64,000 bases of DNA from a virus: IMG/VR virus record IMGVR_UViG_3300042350_002985; one strand, 5' to 3'. Under the pieces are notes generated by a model that worked only from the letters and a program-made list of their open reading frames with translations, had not been told where the DNA came from and did no database searches. Within the stretch, counting starts at the first letter, position 1; every line of letters starts with the position of its first letter. Positions 20,370-30,843 of this stretch are shown here, piece by piece. The position numbers and the translations under genes were made by a program.

Positions 20370-20522
20370 ATGAATGAAGACAGTTTTGAGAAATTCACTA
20401 ATCGCCGCAAGAACAAGAAGAACGGATTGAGCCGCAAGCAAGAGAAAAGGCAGAAGCGAGGCAATCGCCATGAAAGCAAGCAGCAAGTGAATGATATGAT
20501 GTATCGTCGTGACGAAGAATAA
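20370..20522 (+). CDS. Small basic hypothetical protein (50 aa)
   Basis: Read directly: MNEDSFEKFTNRRKNKKNGLSRKQEKRQKRGNRHESKQQVNDMMYRRDEE*; position between 46 and 45 homologues. Confidence 0.55.
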   Translation: MNEDSFEKFTNRRKNKKNGLSRKQEKRQKRGNRHESKQQVNDMMYRRDEE

Positions 20523-20539
20523 TCTACAAAAGGATCTAT

Positions 20540-21211
20540 ATGAGCACTGTGACAAAAATGCGTTTGAGCAAAGAAACATTTAACATTCTAAAAAACTTCT
20601 CCTCCATCAATTCAAACATTCTCATCAAACCTGGGAATGTGCTGAAGACTCGTTCGGCAGGAAGCAACATCTATGTCAAGGCCACCGTTCAGGAGGACTT
20701 TGACACCGAAATCGCCATCTGGGATCTCAACAAGTTCCTAGGTGTGGTCAGCATGTTCAACAATCCTGATCTTGAGTTCCATGACACGCATGTTGATATC
20801 TCCAACGGGCGTTCAAGCGTAAAGTATTATTATGCAGAAAAGTCTCTGTTGACCGTTCCTACCAAAGACATCAACATGCCTGAAGTTCTCTTCTCTTTCA
20901 ATCTTGATGAGCAGGATCTGAGTGAAGTTATGAAGGCTGCAAGCATTCTTCAGGTCAGTGATCTGAAAATCGTTGCTGGTGACGGTCAGATTCGCTTGAC
21001 TGTCGATGATTCTTCAAACAGCACATCCGACAGTTTTGAGATTGTGGTTGAGGAAAACTACAGTGGTCCCGACTATGAAGGAAACATCTCAATCAATGAG
21101 ATCAAGTTTCTTCCCGGTTCCTACAAGGTAGAGATCACGGACACCGTGGTTTCTAGGTTCACACACAGTTCCCAAGATATTACTTATTACATCGCAATCA
21201 ACAAGGGATAA
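20540..21211 (+). CDS. gp45: Sliding clamp DNA polymerase accessory protein (gp45-like)
   Basis: 223 aa, synteny 46-45-44-62-regA, clamp-like sequence. Confidence 0.92.
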   Translation: MSTVTKMRLSKETFNILKNFSSINSNILIKPGNVLKTRSAGSNIYVKATVQEDFDTEIAIWDLNKFLGVVSMFNNPDLEFHDTHVDISNGRSSVKYYYAEKSLLTVPTKDINMPEVLFSFNLDEQDLSEVMKAASILQVSDLKIVAGDGQIRLTVDDSSNSTSDSFEIVVEENYSGPDYEGNISINEIKFLPGSYKVEITDTVVSRFTHSSQDITYYIAINKG

Positions 21212-21213
21212 AT

Positions 21214-22158
21214 GTGACCGAAATCAACAACATGCTTTGGGTCGAAAAGTATCGACCCAAAACGCTATCTGATTGCATTCTTCCAATCGATCTTAAAAAA
21301 ATCTTTGAGGGGGTGGCAAAAGAGGGTTCTGTTCCCAACATGCTTCTGTACGGAAAGGCAGGCACGGGCAAGACTACGGTTGCCCGTGCTTTGGCAAAGG
21401 ATGTTGGTTCAGAGTATATTCTCATCAACTGCTCGGAAGAAAATGGGATTGATACTCTGAGGACCAAAATTCGTCAATATGCATCTACCGTATCCTTGAA
21501 CGGCAATCATAAGATTGTTATTCTTGACGAGTTTGACTATGCAAATCCTCAGTCAATTCAGCCAGCACTGCGTGGAGCTATAGAGGAATTCCACAAGAAC
21601 TGCCGATTTATACTGACTTGCAATTACAAGAATCGCGTCATTGAACCTTTGCATTCCAGATGCACGGGAATTGACTTCACGATTCCCAATGCAGAAAAAG
21701 CACAGATTGCATCTGCTATGCTTGGTCGTGTGGAACACATTCTTATAACGGAAAAGGTTCCATATGAAAAAGCAGTCTTGGTCAACCTTGTCAAGAAGCA
21801 TTTTCCTGACATGCGAAGAATCATCAATGAACTCCAGAAGTATTCAAGTTCTGGAAAGATTGATGTTGGCATTCTTGCTCAAGGCAGTAGCGAATCGTAT
21901 AAGGAACTCATTGGATTCATGAAGAACAAAGACTTTACTTCATGTAGAAAGTGGGTTGTGCAAAACTTGGATCTGAATACGACGGAGTTTTTTAAGCGTC
22001 TTTATACTGAATTATATACCGTCTTGAAGCCAAATTCCGTTCCACAGGCAATTTTGATTATTGCTGAATATCAATACAAGGCAGCATTTGCATCAGACCA
22101 AGAGATCAATACAATGGCATTGATCGTGCAGATCATGATGGATTGTGAGTTTAATTAA
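21214..22158 (+). CDS. gp44: Clamp loader large subunit (gp44-like, AAA+)
   Basis: YRPKTLSDCILP, LLYGKAGTGKTTVARALA, VILDEFDYA, CTGIDFTIP. Confidence 0.96.
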   Translation: MTEINNMLWVEKYRPKTLSDCILPIDLKKIFEGVAKEGSVPNMLLYGKAGTGKTTVARALAKDVGSEYILINCSEENGIDTLRTKIRQYASTVSLNGNHKIVILDEFDYANPQSIQPALRGAIEEFHKNCRFILTCNYKNRVIEPLHSRCTGIDFTIPNAEKAQIASAMLGRVEHILITEKVPYEKAVLVNLVKKHFPDMRRIINELQKYSSSGKIDVGILAQGSSESYKELIGFMKNKDFTSCRKWVVQNLDLNTTEFFKRLYTELYTVLKPNSVPQAILIIAEYQYKAAFASDQEINTMALIVQIMMDCEFN

Positions 22159-22541
22159 TGGAATTAAAAGACTTTCTCAATAGCATAAATCACGACAAGA
22201 AAGCCCTGCTGGACAAGGACGAAAAGGATGTTCGTCTTTATCCAGCCTTTGTCGTCAATAAATGCTTGTCATACTTTCCAGATACACTGTTTCATGCAAA
22301 CGAGATGAATTGTCATCCTTGGCTTGACTCTAAATCTCAGTTTGATTTTTACAGACTGTCCGTAAGAAAGAAGAAGCGTTTCTCGCATTGGATACGCAAG
22401 GAGACAGAAGAAAATATTACAGTAATTAAAGAGGTTTTTGGATACAACGACATGAAATCCAGAGAAGTACTAAATATCCTTAGTACAGAAGATATCGACA
22501 ATTTAAAAGCATATCTAAACAAAGGTGGAACTGGTAAGTAG
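22158..22541 (+). CDS. gp62: Clamp loader small subunit (gp62-like)
   Basis: 127 aa between 44 and regA homologues. Confidence 0.85.
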   Translation: MELKDFLNSINHDKKALLDKDEKDVRLYPAFVVNKCLSYFPDTLFHANEMNCHPWLDSKSQFDFYRLSVRKKKRFSHWIRKETEENITVIKEVFGYNDMKSREVLNILSTEDIDNLKAYLNKGGTGK

Positions 22542-22543
22542 GA

Positions 22544-22981
22544 GTGAAAGCAGTTATGTCAGATTTATCCGATAAAACATTCAATAATATTGGCGTTCAT
22601 GTAAATTTATTTGATCCCGAAGATTTCATGGTTGTTCGTGAAACTTTATCAAGAATTGGTGTATCGCCAAAAGGCAAAAAAGTATTATACCAATCATGTC
22701 ATTTGATTCACAAGAATGAATGCTACATCGTAGCACATTTCAAGGAATTATTTGCTTTGGATGGTCTTCCTTCAAATGTTTCTGAGGAAGACATTAAACG
22801 CAGAAATGCGATAATTAAATTACTTGAGGAATGGGAACTCCTTGAAATTGTTGACAAGGAAAAGGTTAAGGATTCCATGCCTCTCTCTGGTTTGAAGATA
22901 ATTAAATATACCGAGAAGGACAATTGGGAATTGATTCCCAAGTTCAATCCCGGATCTCTTCGTAAGTTTTTCAATACATAA
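22544..22981 (+). CDS. regA: RegA-like translational repressor
   Basis: 145 aa; synteny 44-62-regA; RIGVSPKGKKVLYQSCHLIHKNECYIVAHFKELFALDG. Confidence 0.9.
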   Translation: MKAVMSDLSDKTFNNIGVHVNLFDPEDFMVVRETLSRIGVSPKGKKVLYQSCHLIHKNECYIVAHFKELFALDGLPSNVSEEDIKRRNAIIKLLEEWELLEIVDKEKVKDSMPLSGLKIIKYTEKDNWELIPKFNPGSLRKFFNT

Positions 22982-22983
22982 GG

Positions 22984-24207
22984 ATGAATATGCACAAGTT
23001 AACTTTGAGTATGATCGTAAAGAACGAAGCCCCAAACATTGAGCGTTGCTTGGCTTCATGCGCACCTTTCATTGATTATTATGTAATCTGTGATACCGGA
23101 TCAACCGACAACACAAAGGAAATCATCAAAAAGTTTTTTGATGAAAAGGGAATTCCGGGTGAGATTCACGACCACGAATGGTCTGATTTCGGAACCAATC
23201 GCTCAAAGGCTCTTGAACTCTGCATGGGCAAGACCAAATGGGCTATGATGATTGATGCAGATGACTTTATCACAGGAACTCTTCCTGTTGATAAGTTTGA
23301 TGACAACCTTGACGGTTATGTTGTCCAAATCAAGCGCGGAGAATTCAAATGGCTCCGTGCCCAAATCTTCAACTTGGGCAAGAAGAAGTGGTGGTATGAA
23401 GAACCTCTGCATGAATATGCTATCTGCGAGCAGCCAATGAATGTTGGTAAACTTGAAGGTGACTATGCATGGGAAGTTCGTACAGAGGGTTGCCGTTCAA
23501 GATCTGTGTCGAACGACATTGAGAAGTACACCAAGGATTATTACATTCTAAAGGGATATTTGGAGAAGGATCCAAATCAGCCTCGTAAGCAATTCTATGC
23601 AGCACAATCTGCCTTTGATGCAAGAATGTTTGAAATTGCAGAAAAAGAATATCTCAAGAGAATCGAACAAGGTGGCTGGCACGAAGAAGTATTCTTCTCT
23701 TGGATGCGTGTTGGTATGTGCCGAGAGTTCCAAGGAAAGCCTGTTGAACAGATTGCAGATGCTTTTATGATGGCATTTGAGACCGCACCAAATCGTGTAG
23801 AGCCTCTTTACCATCTATCATGCATCTACAGGAAGTACAATCGTCCAAGGAATGCTTTCTTGATTGCACACCTAGGAGCTCATATTCCAGTTCCACAAAA
23901 TGACATTCTCTTCGTTGACAATGCCAATTATCTATGGGGCATCTTTGACGAGATTGGAACCACGGCTTTCTATGCAGGAATGCCCCAGTTGGGAATGCAA
24001 TGCTGCCAGAAGCTCCTAAACGAGCCATATTTGCCAGCCGAACATCGTGAAAGAGTTCAAAACAACATGAACATCTACATGAAGGCATTCCAGCAGTTCC
24101 AAGTCAATCTAGAGCAACAGCAAAAAGAATGGGCTGCAAAGATTGCAAAGGAATCCAATAAGACTACTTTGAAGGTGAGCCCAGAAGCAGCGACAATTAA
24201 ATTATAA
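22984..24207 (+). CDS. Glycosyltransferase family 2 with TPR-like C-terminal region
   Basis: LTLSMIVKNEAPNIERCLASCAPFIDYYVICDTGSTDNT; AMMIDADDF. Confidence 0.88.
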   Translation: MNMHKLTLSMIVKNEAPNIERCLASCAPFIDYYVICDTGSTDNTKEIIKKFFDEKGIPGEIHDHEWSDFGTNRSKALELCMGKTKWAMMIDADDFITGTLPVDKFDDNLDGYVVQIKRGEFKWLRAQIFNLGKKKWWYEEPLHEYAICEQPMNVGKLEGDYAWEVRTEGCRSRSVSNDIEKYTKDYYILKGYLEKDPNQPRKQFYAAQSAFDARMFEIAEKEYLKRIEQGGWHEEVFFSWMRVGMCREFQGKPVEQIADAFMMAFETAPNRVEPLYHLSCIYRKYNRPRNAFLIAHLGAHIPVPQNDILFVDNANYLWGIFDEIGTTAFYAGMPQLGMQCCQKLLNEPYLPAEHRERVQNNMNIYMKAFQQFQVNLEQQQKEWAAKIAKESNKTTLKVSPEAATIKL

Positions 24208-24218
24208 GTTTTTACACA

Positions 24219-24226
24219 CCTAAATA
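24219..24226 (+). promoter_or_regulatory. Late promoter-like octamer CCTAAATA
   Basis: 7 nt before ATG 24234 of a structural gene cluster. Confidence 0.5.
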
Positions 24227-24233
24227 ATAGGGA

Positions 24234-24626
24234 ATGGTAGAACCTTACGATTTAAATGTCATCATAGGCGATACACTTCGCTGGAGTGCCTCCTTTACGA
24301 ACTCTGCTGGCAACAGTTATAATTTGACTGGTGCTACTTTGAGTTTGCAAATAAGAAATGGATATGCTCCAAGCAAAATTTTTGCTAGTTATACATTTGG
24401 TGTAACGTCTGGTTCTGCACTAAATCAAGCAAACGGAGTTCTTGGTGGGATATCTACCACAGCAACTGGTGGTGTTGCAAATATTTGCATAGGTTCAACA
24501 TACACTAGTCAATTCCCACCATATACAAATGTCTTTTATGATCTTCAAGCAAGCAACGTATCAAATGGAGATACAATTACACTTGCTTTAGGTGCAATTA
24601 AACCAACACCAAATGTAACTATTTAA
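24234..24626 (+). CDS. Baseplate/fibre-associated hypothetical protein
   Basis: 130 aa; first gene of fibre cluster; [32 protein letters not shown] pattern. Confidence 0.6.
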   Translation: MVEPYDLNVIIGDTLRWSASFTNSAGNSYNLTGATLSLQIRNGYAPSKIFASYTFGVTSGSALNQANGVLGGISTTATGGVANICIGSTYTSQFPPYTNVFYDLQASNVSNGDTITLALGAIKPTPNVTI

Positions 24627-24627
24627 A

Positions 24628-26619
24628 ATGTTCTTCGGAAAGAACAAAACATCCTTAAGACTTTCAAAACCACATCCAATACTTGTGGAGGGGTGTGAAT
24701 ATCATGTTGTAGATTCTGTAAAAAATCCTACAAAGGTATCTGTTGGTGTAGGTATCAGTAAAATATTTTTGAGAGATAAAGATGGTCAGGAATTTGTAAT
24801 TGAAGGAAACTCTTCAAAGATCAAAGAACTTTTGATTCCTGTGTACATTTTTGAAAATGTAGAAGGTCCTGCATTTCGCCTAAAGTTGCCAGTCGGGTCC
24901 CTTCAGAAGAATACTCTTCTTAAAGAAACAAATTCCGTACACCCAGATGAAAAGATATATCTGGGTCATGGTGTTTCTGAAAGATATTTTATACAACAAA
25001 AAACCAATAAGATTGTAAAATTTATTGGAAACCCTTCACAAATAAAAAACATTGTAGAAGAGATTGTAGAAACACCAAAGATTGTTTCTCAACCAGTTGT
25101 CCAACAGCCAGTTCAATTGGTTGAAAAAACAATTGTCAGAGAAATCGTTCCCCAATTTGGTGCTCAAGGAATTCAAGGTGAGCCGGGTCCAGTTGGACCA
25201 AGAGGTGAGAGAGGTCCCGCTGGTCCTCAAGGTCCAGTTGGACCAAAAGGTCCTGTTGGAGCCCAGGGAGAAATTGGCCCCGAAGGTCCTATTGGCCCAC
25301 AAGGAGAAAAAGGTGATCAGGGTGAGGAAGGACCAGTTGGTCCTGTTGGTCCACGTGGTTTGCAAGGACCCCAAGGACCAAAAGGTGCTCCCGGAGAAAA
25401 GGGTGAGCAGGGTGATATTGGCCCACAGGGACCAATGGGTCTTCAGGGACCAAAGGGAGAAAAGGGAGAAAAGGGAGATCGTGGAGAACGAGGACCAATC
25501 GGTCAACAAGGACCAATAGGACCAAAAGGACCACAAGGTCCCGTTGGTTCCCAAGGTCCTGTTGGTCCAAAAGGTGATCCGGGAATTGTTGAAGCTCAAT
25601 TCCCATTGATATTAGAGGATGGTGTTCTATCATTTAATTCTGAACAAATTTCTTCTGTTCTTGAACAACTAAAGAATAAAGACATTCAAAAAACAATAGA
25701 TCAGATTGCAATGACAACTCCAGCAGGAGGTGGTGCAGTCGATATTTCATTGAATGGTAACAAGATAATTCGTTCAGTGAATACAATGAATTTCATTGGT
25801 TCTGGAATCACGATCACAAGAAGAAGAAAAAACGTTGATATTGATTTAAGTGGATTGAGTGGAGGTGGAGGTGGTGGAATAACTGGTACATACGTACAGT
25901 CCATTACATCCCCAAACAACACGATAACAATAGATCCAATAAGTGGTGTTGGAAATTTAAAAATAGATGTAGCAGATCTAGCAAAATCCGTTGCTGGCGC
26001 GGTTCAATATAGAGATCCTACCACAACAAAATTAGCAGCTCAAGCAAATTTTAAATTAAATACTACCACACAAAATCTTGAAGTTCCAAAAGGATTGGTC
26101 ATAGGAACTACAAGTGGCGCTTTTATAGCATTCTCCGATGGATCAACGCAATCATCAGCGGCAAATAGATTTTATTATCAGGCTACATCACCATCCGGAA
26201 TAACTCAAGGCGACAGGTGGATGGATTCTGACAACGGTATTGAGTACGTTTACATCAATGATGGAAACAGTTCTCAGTGGGTCCAACCAACAAATACAGC
26301 AACAACTTCTGGTGGTGGCTCATCTATTCTTACCACAACTTCCGTCACTGGCTCTTCATATTCAGCAACACCTTTGGATTATTACATTGGAGTAAGTTAT
26401 GCTGGTCCAGTTACTATTACACTTCCAATAAATCCAGAAACAGGAAGACAAATTGTTGTAAAAGATGAATCTGGTAATGCAGGAAGTGGAGTAAGCAGAT
26501 ATATAACAATTGTCGGTGCAACTGCTTCTCAAACAATAGATAATCAATCTTCTGCAATATTGAACATAAACAACGGGGGCTTACATTTCATTTATAGAAA
26601 TGGATGGAGAATAATATAA
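24628..26619 (+). CDS. Collagen-like repeat tail fibre protein
   Basis: Long Gly-X-Y repeat tract ([28 protein letters not shown]...) encoded at about 25180-25585. Confidence 0.88.
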   Translation: MFFGKNKTSLRLSKPHPILVEGCEYHVVDSVKNPTKVSVGVGISKIFLRDKDGQEFVIEGNSSKIKELLIPVYIFENVEGPAFRLKLPVGSLQKNTLLKETNSVHPDEKIYLGHGVSERYFIQQKTNKIVKFIGNPSQIKNIVEEIVETPKIVSQPVVQQPVQLVEKTIVREIVPQFGAQGIQGEPGPVGPRGERGPAGPQGPVGPKGPVGAQGEIGPEGPIGPQGEKGDQGEEGPVGPVGPRGLQGPQGPKGAPGEKGEQGDIGPQGPMGLQGPKGEKGEKGDRGERGPIGQQGPIGPKGPQGPVGSQGPVGPKGDPGIVEAQFPLILEDGVLSFNSEQISSVLEQLKNKDIQKTIDQIAMTTPAGGGAVDISLNGNKIIRSVNTMNFIGSGITITRRRKNVDIDLSGLSGGGGGGITGTYVQSITSPNNTITIDPISGVGNLKIDVADLAKSVAGAVQYRDPTTTKLAAQANFKLNTTTQNLEVPKGLVIGTTSGAFIAFSDGSTQSSAANRFYYQATSPSGITQGDRWMDSDNGIEYVYINDGNSSQWVQPTNTATTSGGGSSILTTTSVTGSSYSATPLDYYIGVSYAGPVTITLPINPETGRQIVVKDESGNAGSGVSRYITIVGATASQTIDNQSSAILNINNGGLHFIYRNGWRII

Positions 26620-27854
26620 TGTCATACCTATTCAACGATCAAATCGAATTCAAGGGAAATGCAGTTGATGCATTCAATCGTCTAAAAGTTAGCAATCCTT
26701 TTACATTATTTGACAGTCAGCAGAGATATCAGGTAAGCGATAAATGGGACTATGTTGGTTTTACTGGTGGAACTTATTCTTACAATATAACAGAAAGCAC
26801 AGTTTCTCTTACTTCTGGATTGACAAGTGGATCCAAACTTTATTGTGAAACAAAAAGAGTATTTCCTTATCAACCCGGCAAGTCTTTAACCATAATAAAT
26901 ACATTTGCCATGGCTCAACCCAAAACTGGTTTGAGACAAAGAGTTGGTTATTTTGGAATTACTGGTGGTGTGACTTCAGGATCTCCTTATAATGGAGTTT
27001 ATTTAGAGCAGAATGGATTGACTTTATCAATTTGTTTGGCATCAGGTTCTTTGGGAACAACACAGACGATCACCCAATCAAACTGGAATACTGACAAATT
27101 TGATGGTACAGGTTCTTCCGGTGTTACAATAGATGTAACTAAAGGAAACATTTTTTGGATGGATGTTGAGTGGTTAGGTGTTGGTGATGTAAGAACAGGA
27201 TTTTTTATTGATGGAAGACCGATTGTTGCACACGTATTCCGAAATGTTAATAAAAATTCAACAACTTACATGACAACTGCATGTCTTCCATTAAGATATG
27301 AAATTGAAAATACAGCAGGACAAACAGGAAGCAGCACACTACGTCAAATTTGCTCAACCGTGCTGTCGGAGTCTGGTTATGAAGGGTTTAGTAGAAGATT
27401 TAATATTACAAAAAATGGATCAAATCCAACCACACTGACAACACAAGATGTCCAATATCCGATGGTTGCATTGAGATTGAATCGAAATAGATTAGATTCA
27501 ATTATAATACCTTCAAATGTTAGTGTAGTTGTTGAGCCCGGAACAAACAATAAACCTGTTACGGTTCAATATAGAATTCTTTTAAATCCAACACTGACTG
27601 GAAACACTTGGACTACACATTACAATGGAAATGTTGATTACAACATTACTGCAACTGCCGTAACTGGTGGAACAGATATAATTGGTGGATACATAAGCAG
27701 CAGTGGTTCATTTTCTATTTCAGACATAAGAGATTTCAATTTCCAAATAGGAAGAACACAAACCGGAGCAAGCGATGTTTTTGCGTTAACTTGCACACCA
27801 ATAGAAGATGGAACCAATGTTTTCGTTGACCTTTCATGGTTTGAAATCATATAA
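26619..27854 (+). CDS. Virion structural (fibre/baseplate-type) protein
   Basis: Likely start [38 protein letters not shown] (track ORF starts 26604). Confidence 0.75.
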   Translation: MSYLFNDQIEFKGNAVDAFNRLKVSNPFTLFDSQQRYQVSDKWDYVGFTGGTYSYNITESTVSLTSGLTSGSKLYCETKRVFPYQPGKSLTIINTFAMAQPKTGLRQRVGYFGITGGVTSGSPYNGVYLEQNGLTLSICLASGSLGTTQTITQSNWNTDKFDGTGSSGVTIDVTKGNIFWMDVEWLGVGDVRTGFFIDGRPIVAHVFRNVNKNSTTYMTTACLPLRYEIENTAGQTGSSTLRQICSTVLSESGYEGFSRRFNITKNGSNPTTLTTQDVQYPMVALRLNRNRLDSIIIPSNVSVVVEPGTNNKPVTVQYRILLNPTLTGNTWTTHYNGNVDYNITATAVTGGTDIIGGYISSSGSFSISDIRDFNFQIGRTQTGASDVFALTCTPIEDGTNVFVDLSWFEII

Positions 27855-27857
27855 ATA
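27850..27857 (+). promoter_or_regulatory. Late promoter octamer TATAAATA
   Basis: 7 nt before ATG 27865. Confidence 0.7.
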
Positions 27858-27864
27858 TTAAGAC

Positions 27865-28617
27865 ATGCCTTTAGATTTTCCAACATCTCCGACACCCGGC
27901 CAAATTTACACCTTTGGTGGTCGCTCTTGGCAGTGGAATGGAACTGCTTGGGATGTCTATGCAACAGCAGCAAATGCTGTCACTCTTTTAAATGGGTTTA
28001 CTGGAAGTATTAATATTCTTGGAAGCACATTTATTGGTGTTTCTGGGTCCTCTAATAGCATAACAATAAGTTATACGGGAACGGGTGCTATGGGACCACA
28101 AGGTCCCACTGGACCAACTGGTAATCAGGGTCCACAAGGAATTCAAGGTCCAATTGGACCAACTGGTTTCACTGGTCCCACTGGACCCACTGGACCAACT
28201 GGTAATCAGGGTCCACAAGGAATTCAAGGTCCAATTGGACCAACTGGTTTCACTGGTCCCACTGGACCACAAGGCATTACTGGACCAGTTGGAAGTTATG
28301 TAATAACTTTGAATGGTTTGAGTGGAAATGTTGGTCTTGCTCAAGGCAGCAATATAACCATAACTCCTTCCGGAAATACTCTTACGATTGCTTCCACTGC
28401 TTCTGGTGGGGGTGGAACAAGTTATGCATTTTATCAAGGAGCAACCGCACCATCAGGATTCTCAGCAGGAGATAGGTGGTACAACACAGGTCTTGGAAAA
28501 TTATTCACGGGTGTAAATGATGGAGCAACTGCAATTTGGGTTGAATTTGCTGGTCCAGCTGGACCACAGGGGCCAGATGGTGATCCACTACAAATTATAT
28601 GGTTTTTAGGAAGATAA
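27865..28617 (+). CDS. Collagen-like tail fibre protein
   Basis: N-terminal [28 protein letters not shown] module plus Gly-X-Y repeats. Confidence 0.85.
   Translation: MPLDFPTSPTPGQIYTFGGRSWQWNGTAWDVYATAANAVTLLNGFTGSINILGSTFIGVSGSSNSITISYTGTGAMGPQGPTGPTGNQGPQGIQGPIGPTGFTGPTGPTGPTGNQGPQGIQGPIGPTGFTGPTGPQGITGPVGSYVITLNGLSGNVGLAQGSNITITPSGNTLTIASTASGGGGTSYAFYQGATAPSGFSAGDRWYNTGLGKLFTGVNDGATAIWVEFAGPAGPQGPDGDPLQIIWFLGR
28105..28268 (+). repeat. Tandem 81-bp duplication within collagen-like tract
   Basis: CCCACTGGACCAACTGGTAATCAGGGTCCACAAGGAATTCAAGG... begins at 28105 and again at 28186. Confidence 0.95.
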
Positions 28618-28618
28618 T

Positions 28619-30016
28619 ATGGGAGAAAACTTTTTAAATAGAGGTTATATTGGAATCGATGAGCGAATTTCAGTTGGTGGTATTTTAACACCAAAAACCG
28701 ATTATTTGGATAAGGTAGATAATGCAAGATTTATTGAATTTGATTTTACAACTTTAAAATATTCATCGCCTATATATGTAAATAGAAGAGCATCTGGATC
28801 TTATTTGGATGGAGATGGTTGGATTGTAACAAATAGTAATGATCTAAGAATAGATCACAGTTATACTGGTTATACTTATGGTTTGTTGATTGAAGAACAG
28901 AGAACTAACGTTTTTTCATCTAGTCAAGAAATGAATGTAAGATTTAGTGCTTCAAGTTTTGTTGGCTGGACAGCAAATGCTGGTGCTACTTTATTATCTA
29001 CTATTGATGGAAATACTGGATTGGATACTACATTTACAGCAGACAGAGCAGTCCCTGTAGAAGCATATGGTCAAAAAACTAATAATCTTGGTTATAGTTC
29101 TACTAATTTAAGAACGTATTATTCTCTATACGCAAAAGCAGCAGAACTTACAAAAATTTATATGGGTGATCAAGGCAATGGAAGATTTCAAATTAGAGTT
29201 GGAGTTACTGCAGGTAATTTAATTTTTTCTAGTCTTAATAATGCTAACGAACAATATATTTCAATTGAAAGAACAAAAAATGATTGGTTTAGAATTGGAG
29301 TAAATGGCAATTTAGCTAATAATGTGGCATGGACACCAGTGCCTTATCCTGATGGTGCAACTGTATTTACTAATTTTTCACCATTCTTTGGAAATTGCGC
29401 TGGATTTGGTATGTGGATATGGGGATGTCAAGCTGAATTTGGTGATCCAGGTAGAATGTATCCCACATCTTATATACGAGTTCCTCCTAATACATCAGGT
29501 ACACCAAGCGTAAGTGTAACGAGATCACAAGATGAAATAACAATCAGTGGCACTGGTCCAACAAATACAATATGGTTGAAAGAACCAGGGTCACTTTATG
29601 TTGAATATTACAGGAGAGAAGGAAGAGGAGCAAGTGCACACACAGTAATTTCTACTGATAATGTTTCTCAAAGATTTATATGCATCGAACAAATTCCAAG
29701 CGGAAATACGGCCACATTAAGATGGGGAACAAATTCTTTTTCACTTACTGGTGGTGTTACAGGTTTAAATAAAGCAGCATTTACAATAAATGGGAGTACT
29801 GCAAGTTTAGTTCAATTTGCCTTTAATGGAAGAATTTCTGGTACTACTGCAACTGATTTGATTCCAGCAAATATTCAATGGCTGACTTTAGGTGCAAAAA
29901 GTACTTCAATAAATTCAGGATTTTCAGATTACTTCAATAGTTCTATTGCAAAAATTAGATATTATCCAAGAGTTCTTACATCATCTGAATTACAGGAGAT
30001 AACAAGAAATGCCTGA
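28619..30016 (+). CDS. Tail fibre/adhesin-type protein
   Basis: 465 aa; GLLIEEQRTNVFSSSQEMN and WIWGCQAEFGDPGRMYPTSYIRV patterns of phage fibre heads; fibre cluster. Confidence 0.7.
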   Translation: MGENFLNRGYIGIDERISVGGILTPKTDYLDKVDNARFIEFDFTTLKYSSPIYVNRRASGSYLDGDGWIVTNSNDLRIDHSYTGYTYGLLIEEQRTNVFSSSQEMNVRFSASSFVGWTANAGATLLSTIDGNTGLDTTFTADRAVPVEAYGQKTNNLGYSSTNLRTYYSLYAKAAELTKIYMGDQGNGRFQIRVGVTAGNLIFSSLNNANEQYISIERTKNDWFRIGVNGNLANNVAWTPVPYPDGATVFTNFSPFFGNCAGFGMWIWGCQAEFGDPGRMYPTSYIRVPPNTSGTPSVSVTRSQDEITISGTGPTNTIWLKEPGSLYVEYYRREGRGASAHTVISTDNVSQRFICIEQIPSGNTATLRWGTNSFSLTGGVTGLNKAAFTINGSTASLVQFAFNGRISGTTATDLIPANIQWLTLGAKSTSINSGFSDYFNSSIAKIRYYPRVLTSSELQEITRNA

Positions 30017-30326
30017 TTATTATCTAAGAGCGGATACAAAAGAGGAAGTAGAAAGTAAATTAATTGGTAGTGGTCTTGCATATATAGCAAAAGGTGCTGA
30101 TGGAAGTGAATGGATTTCACCATCTGCTGGTGTTGTAATTGATCATTTAGGCCCTTATATAATAAATAAAGTAGAATTTGATGAAAATGGTAATTTTATA
30201 CCACCTGTTGTAAAAGATAATAGATGGCACACAAATATTAGAACTAAATTTGAGTTAAATGAAGCACAAAAATTCTATTTACCGTTGATAGATCCACCCA
30301 CCACACCAAATAGAGTATTTGCATAA
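30009..30326 (+). CDS. Hypothetical protein (fibre cluster)
   Basis: 105 aa, overlaps previous gene by 8 nt. Confidence 0.65.
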   Translation: MPDYYLRADTKEEVESKLIGSGLAYIAKGADGSEWISPSAGVVIDHLGPYIINKVEFDENGNFIPPVVKDNRWHTNIRTKFELNEAQKFYLPLIDPPTTPNRVFA

Positions 30327-30342
30327 ATAATTAAGGAATCAT

Positions 30343-30663
30343 ATGGCACAATCATATAAAAGTTTTGGAACAATTTTGGGAACAACAAGTGCAACTACTA
30401 TATATCCTGGTGTTGCTGGAACTGCAATAGTAAATGGTATTGTTTTGAGTAATGTAAATAGTTTAAACAATACCACGGCAACAATTGAATTGGTAAAGGG
30501 GTCTACCGCTTATTCGTTGATAACTGGTGTTGCGATTCCATTTGCTTCTTCTCTTCAAGCTATCGATTCTCCTGTTGTTTTAGAATCTTCAAATACTTTA
30601 CGAGCATCAGCAGGAATTTCAAATTATATTCATGTTGTAGTTTCTGTATTAGAAATAACTTAA
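30343..30663 (+). CDS. Hypothetical virion protein
   Basis: 106 aa; late-type octamer CATAAATA at 30322. Confidence 0.65.
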   Translation: MAQSYKSFGTILGTTSATTIYPGVAGTAIVNGIVLSNVNSLNNTTATIELVKGSTAYSLITGVAIPFASSLQAIDSPVVLESSNTLRASAGISNYIHVVVSVLEIT

Positions 30664-30667
30664 AGCC

Positions 30668-30823
30668 ATGATTGACTTTCCAAATTCTCCAACTCTAAAT
30701 CAAACCTATACCTTTAATGGTCTTACATGGCAATGGAATGGGTCTGCTTGGATTTCAATTGGTAGTGGAATAACTTACGCTACAGTAAGTCAAGCAGCAG
30801 CATTCAGCATAATATTATCATAA
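30668..30823 (+). CDS. Small protein homologous to N-terminal module of the 27865 fibre protein
   Basis: Read directly: MIDFPNSPTLNQTYTFNGLTWQWNGSAWISIGSGITYATVSQAAAFSIILS*. Confidence 0.6.
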   Translation: MIDFPNSPTLNQTYTFNGLTWQWNGSAWISIGSGITYATVSQAAAFSIILS

Positions 30824-30843
30824 ATATTTCAGAGGATTTTATC

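Noticed and set aside
20076-20579. 167-aa minus-strand ORF
   Set aside because: Antisense to a late-promoter gene, a small basic ORF and the clamp gene start; weaker coding context.
25036-25633. Long antisense ORFs (187 and 114 aa) opposite the collagen-like tract
   Set aside because: Created by the biased Gly-X-Y codon pattern on the plus strand; low-complexity products.
27988-28437. 149-aa minus-strand ORF rich in [15 protein letters not shown]
   Set aside because: Antisense artefact of the collagen-like repeats.
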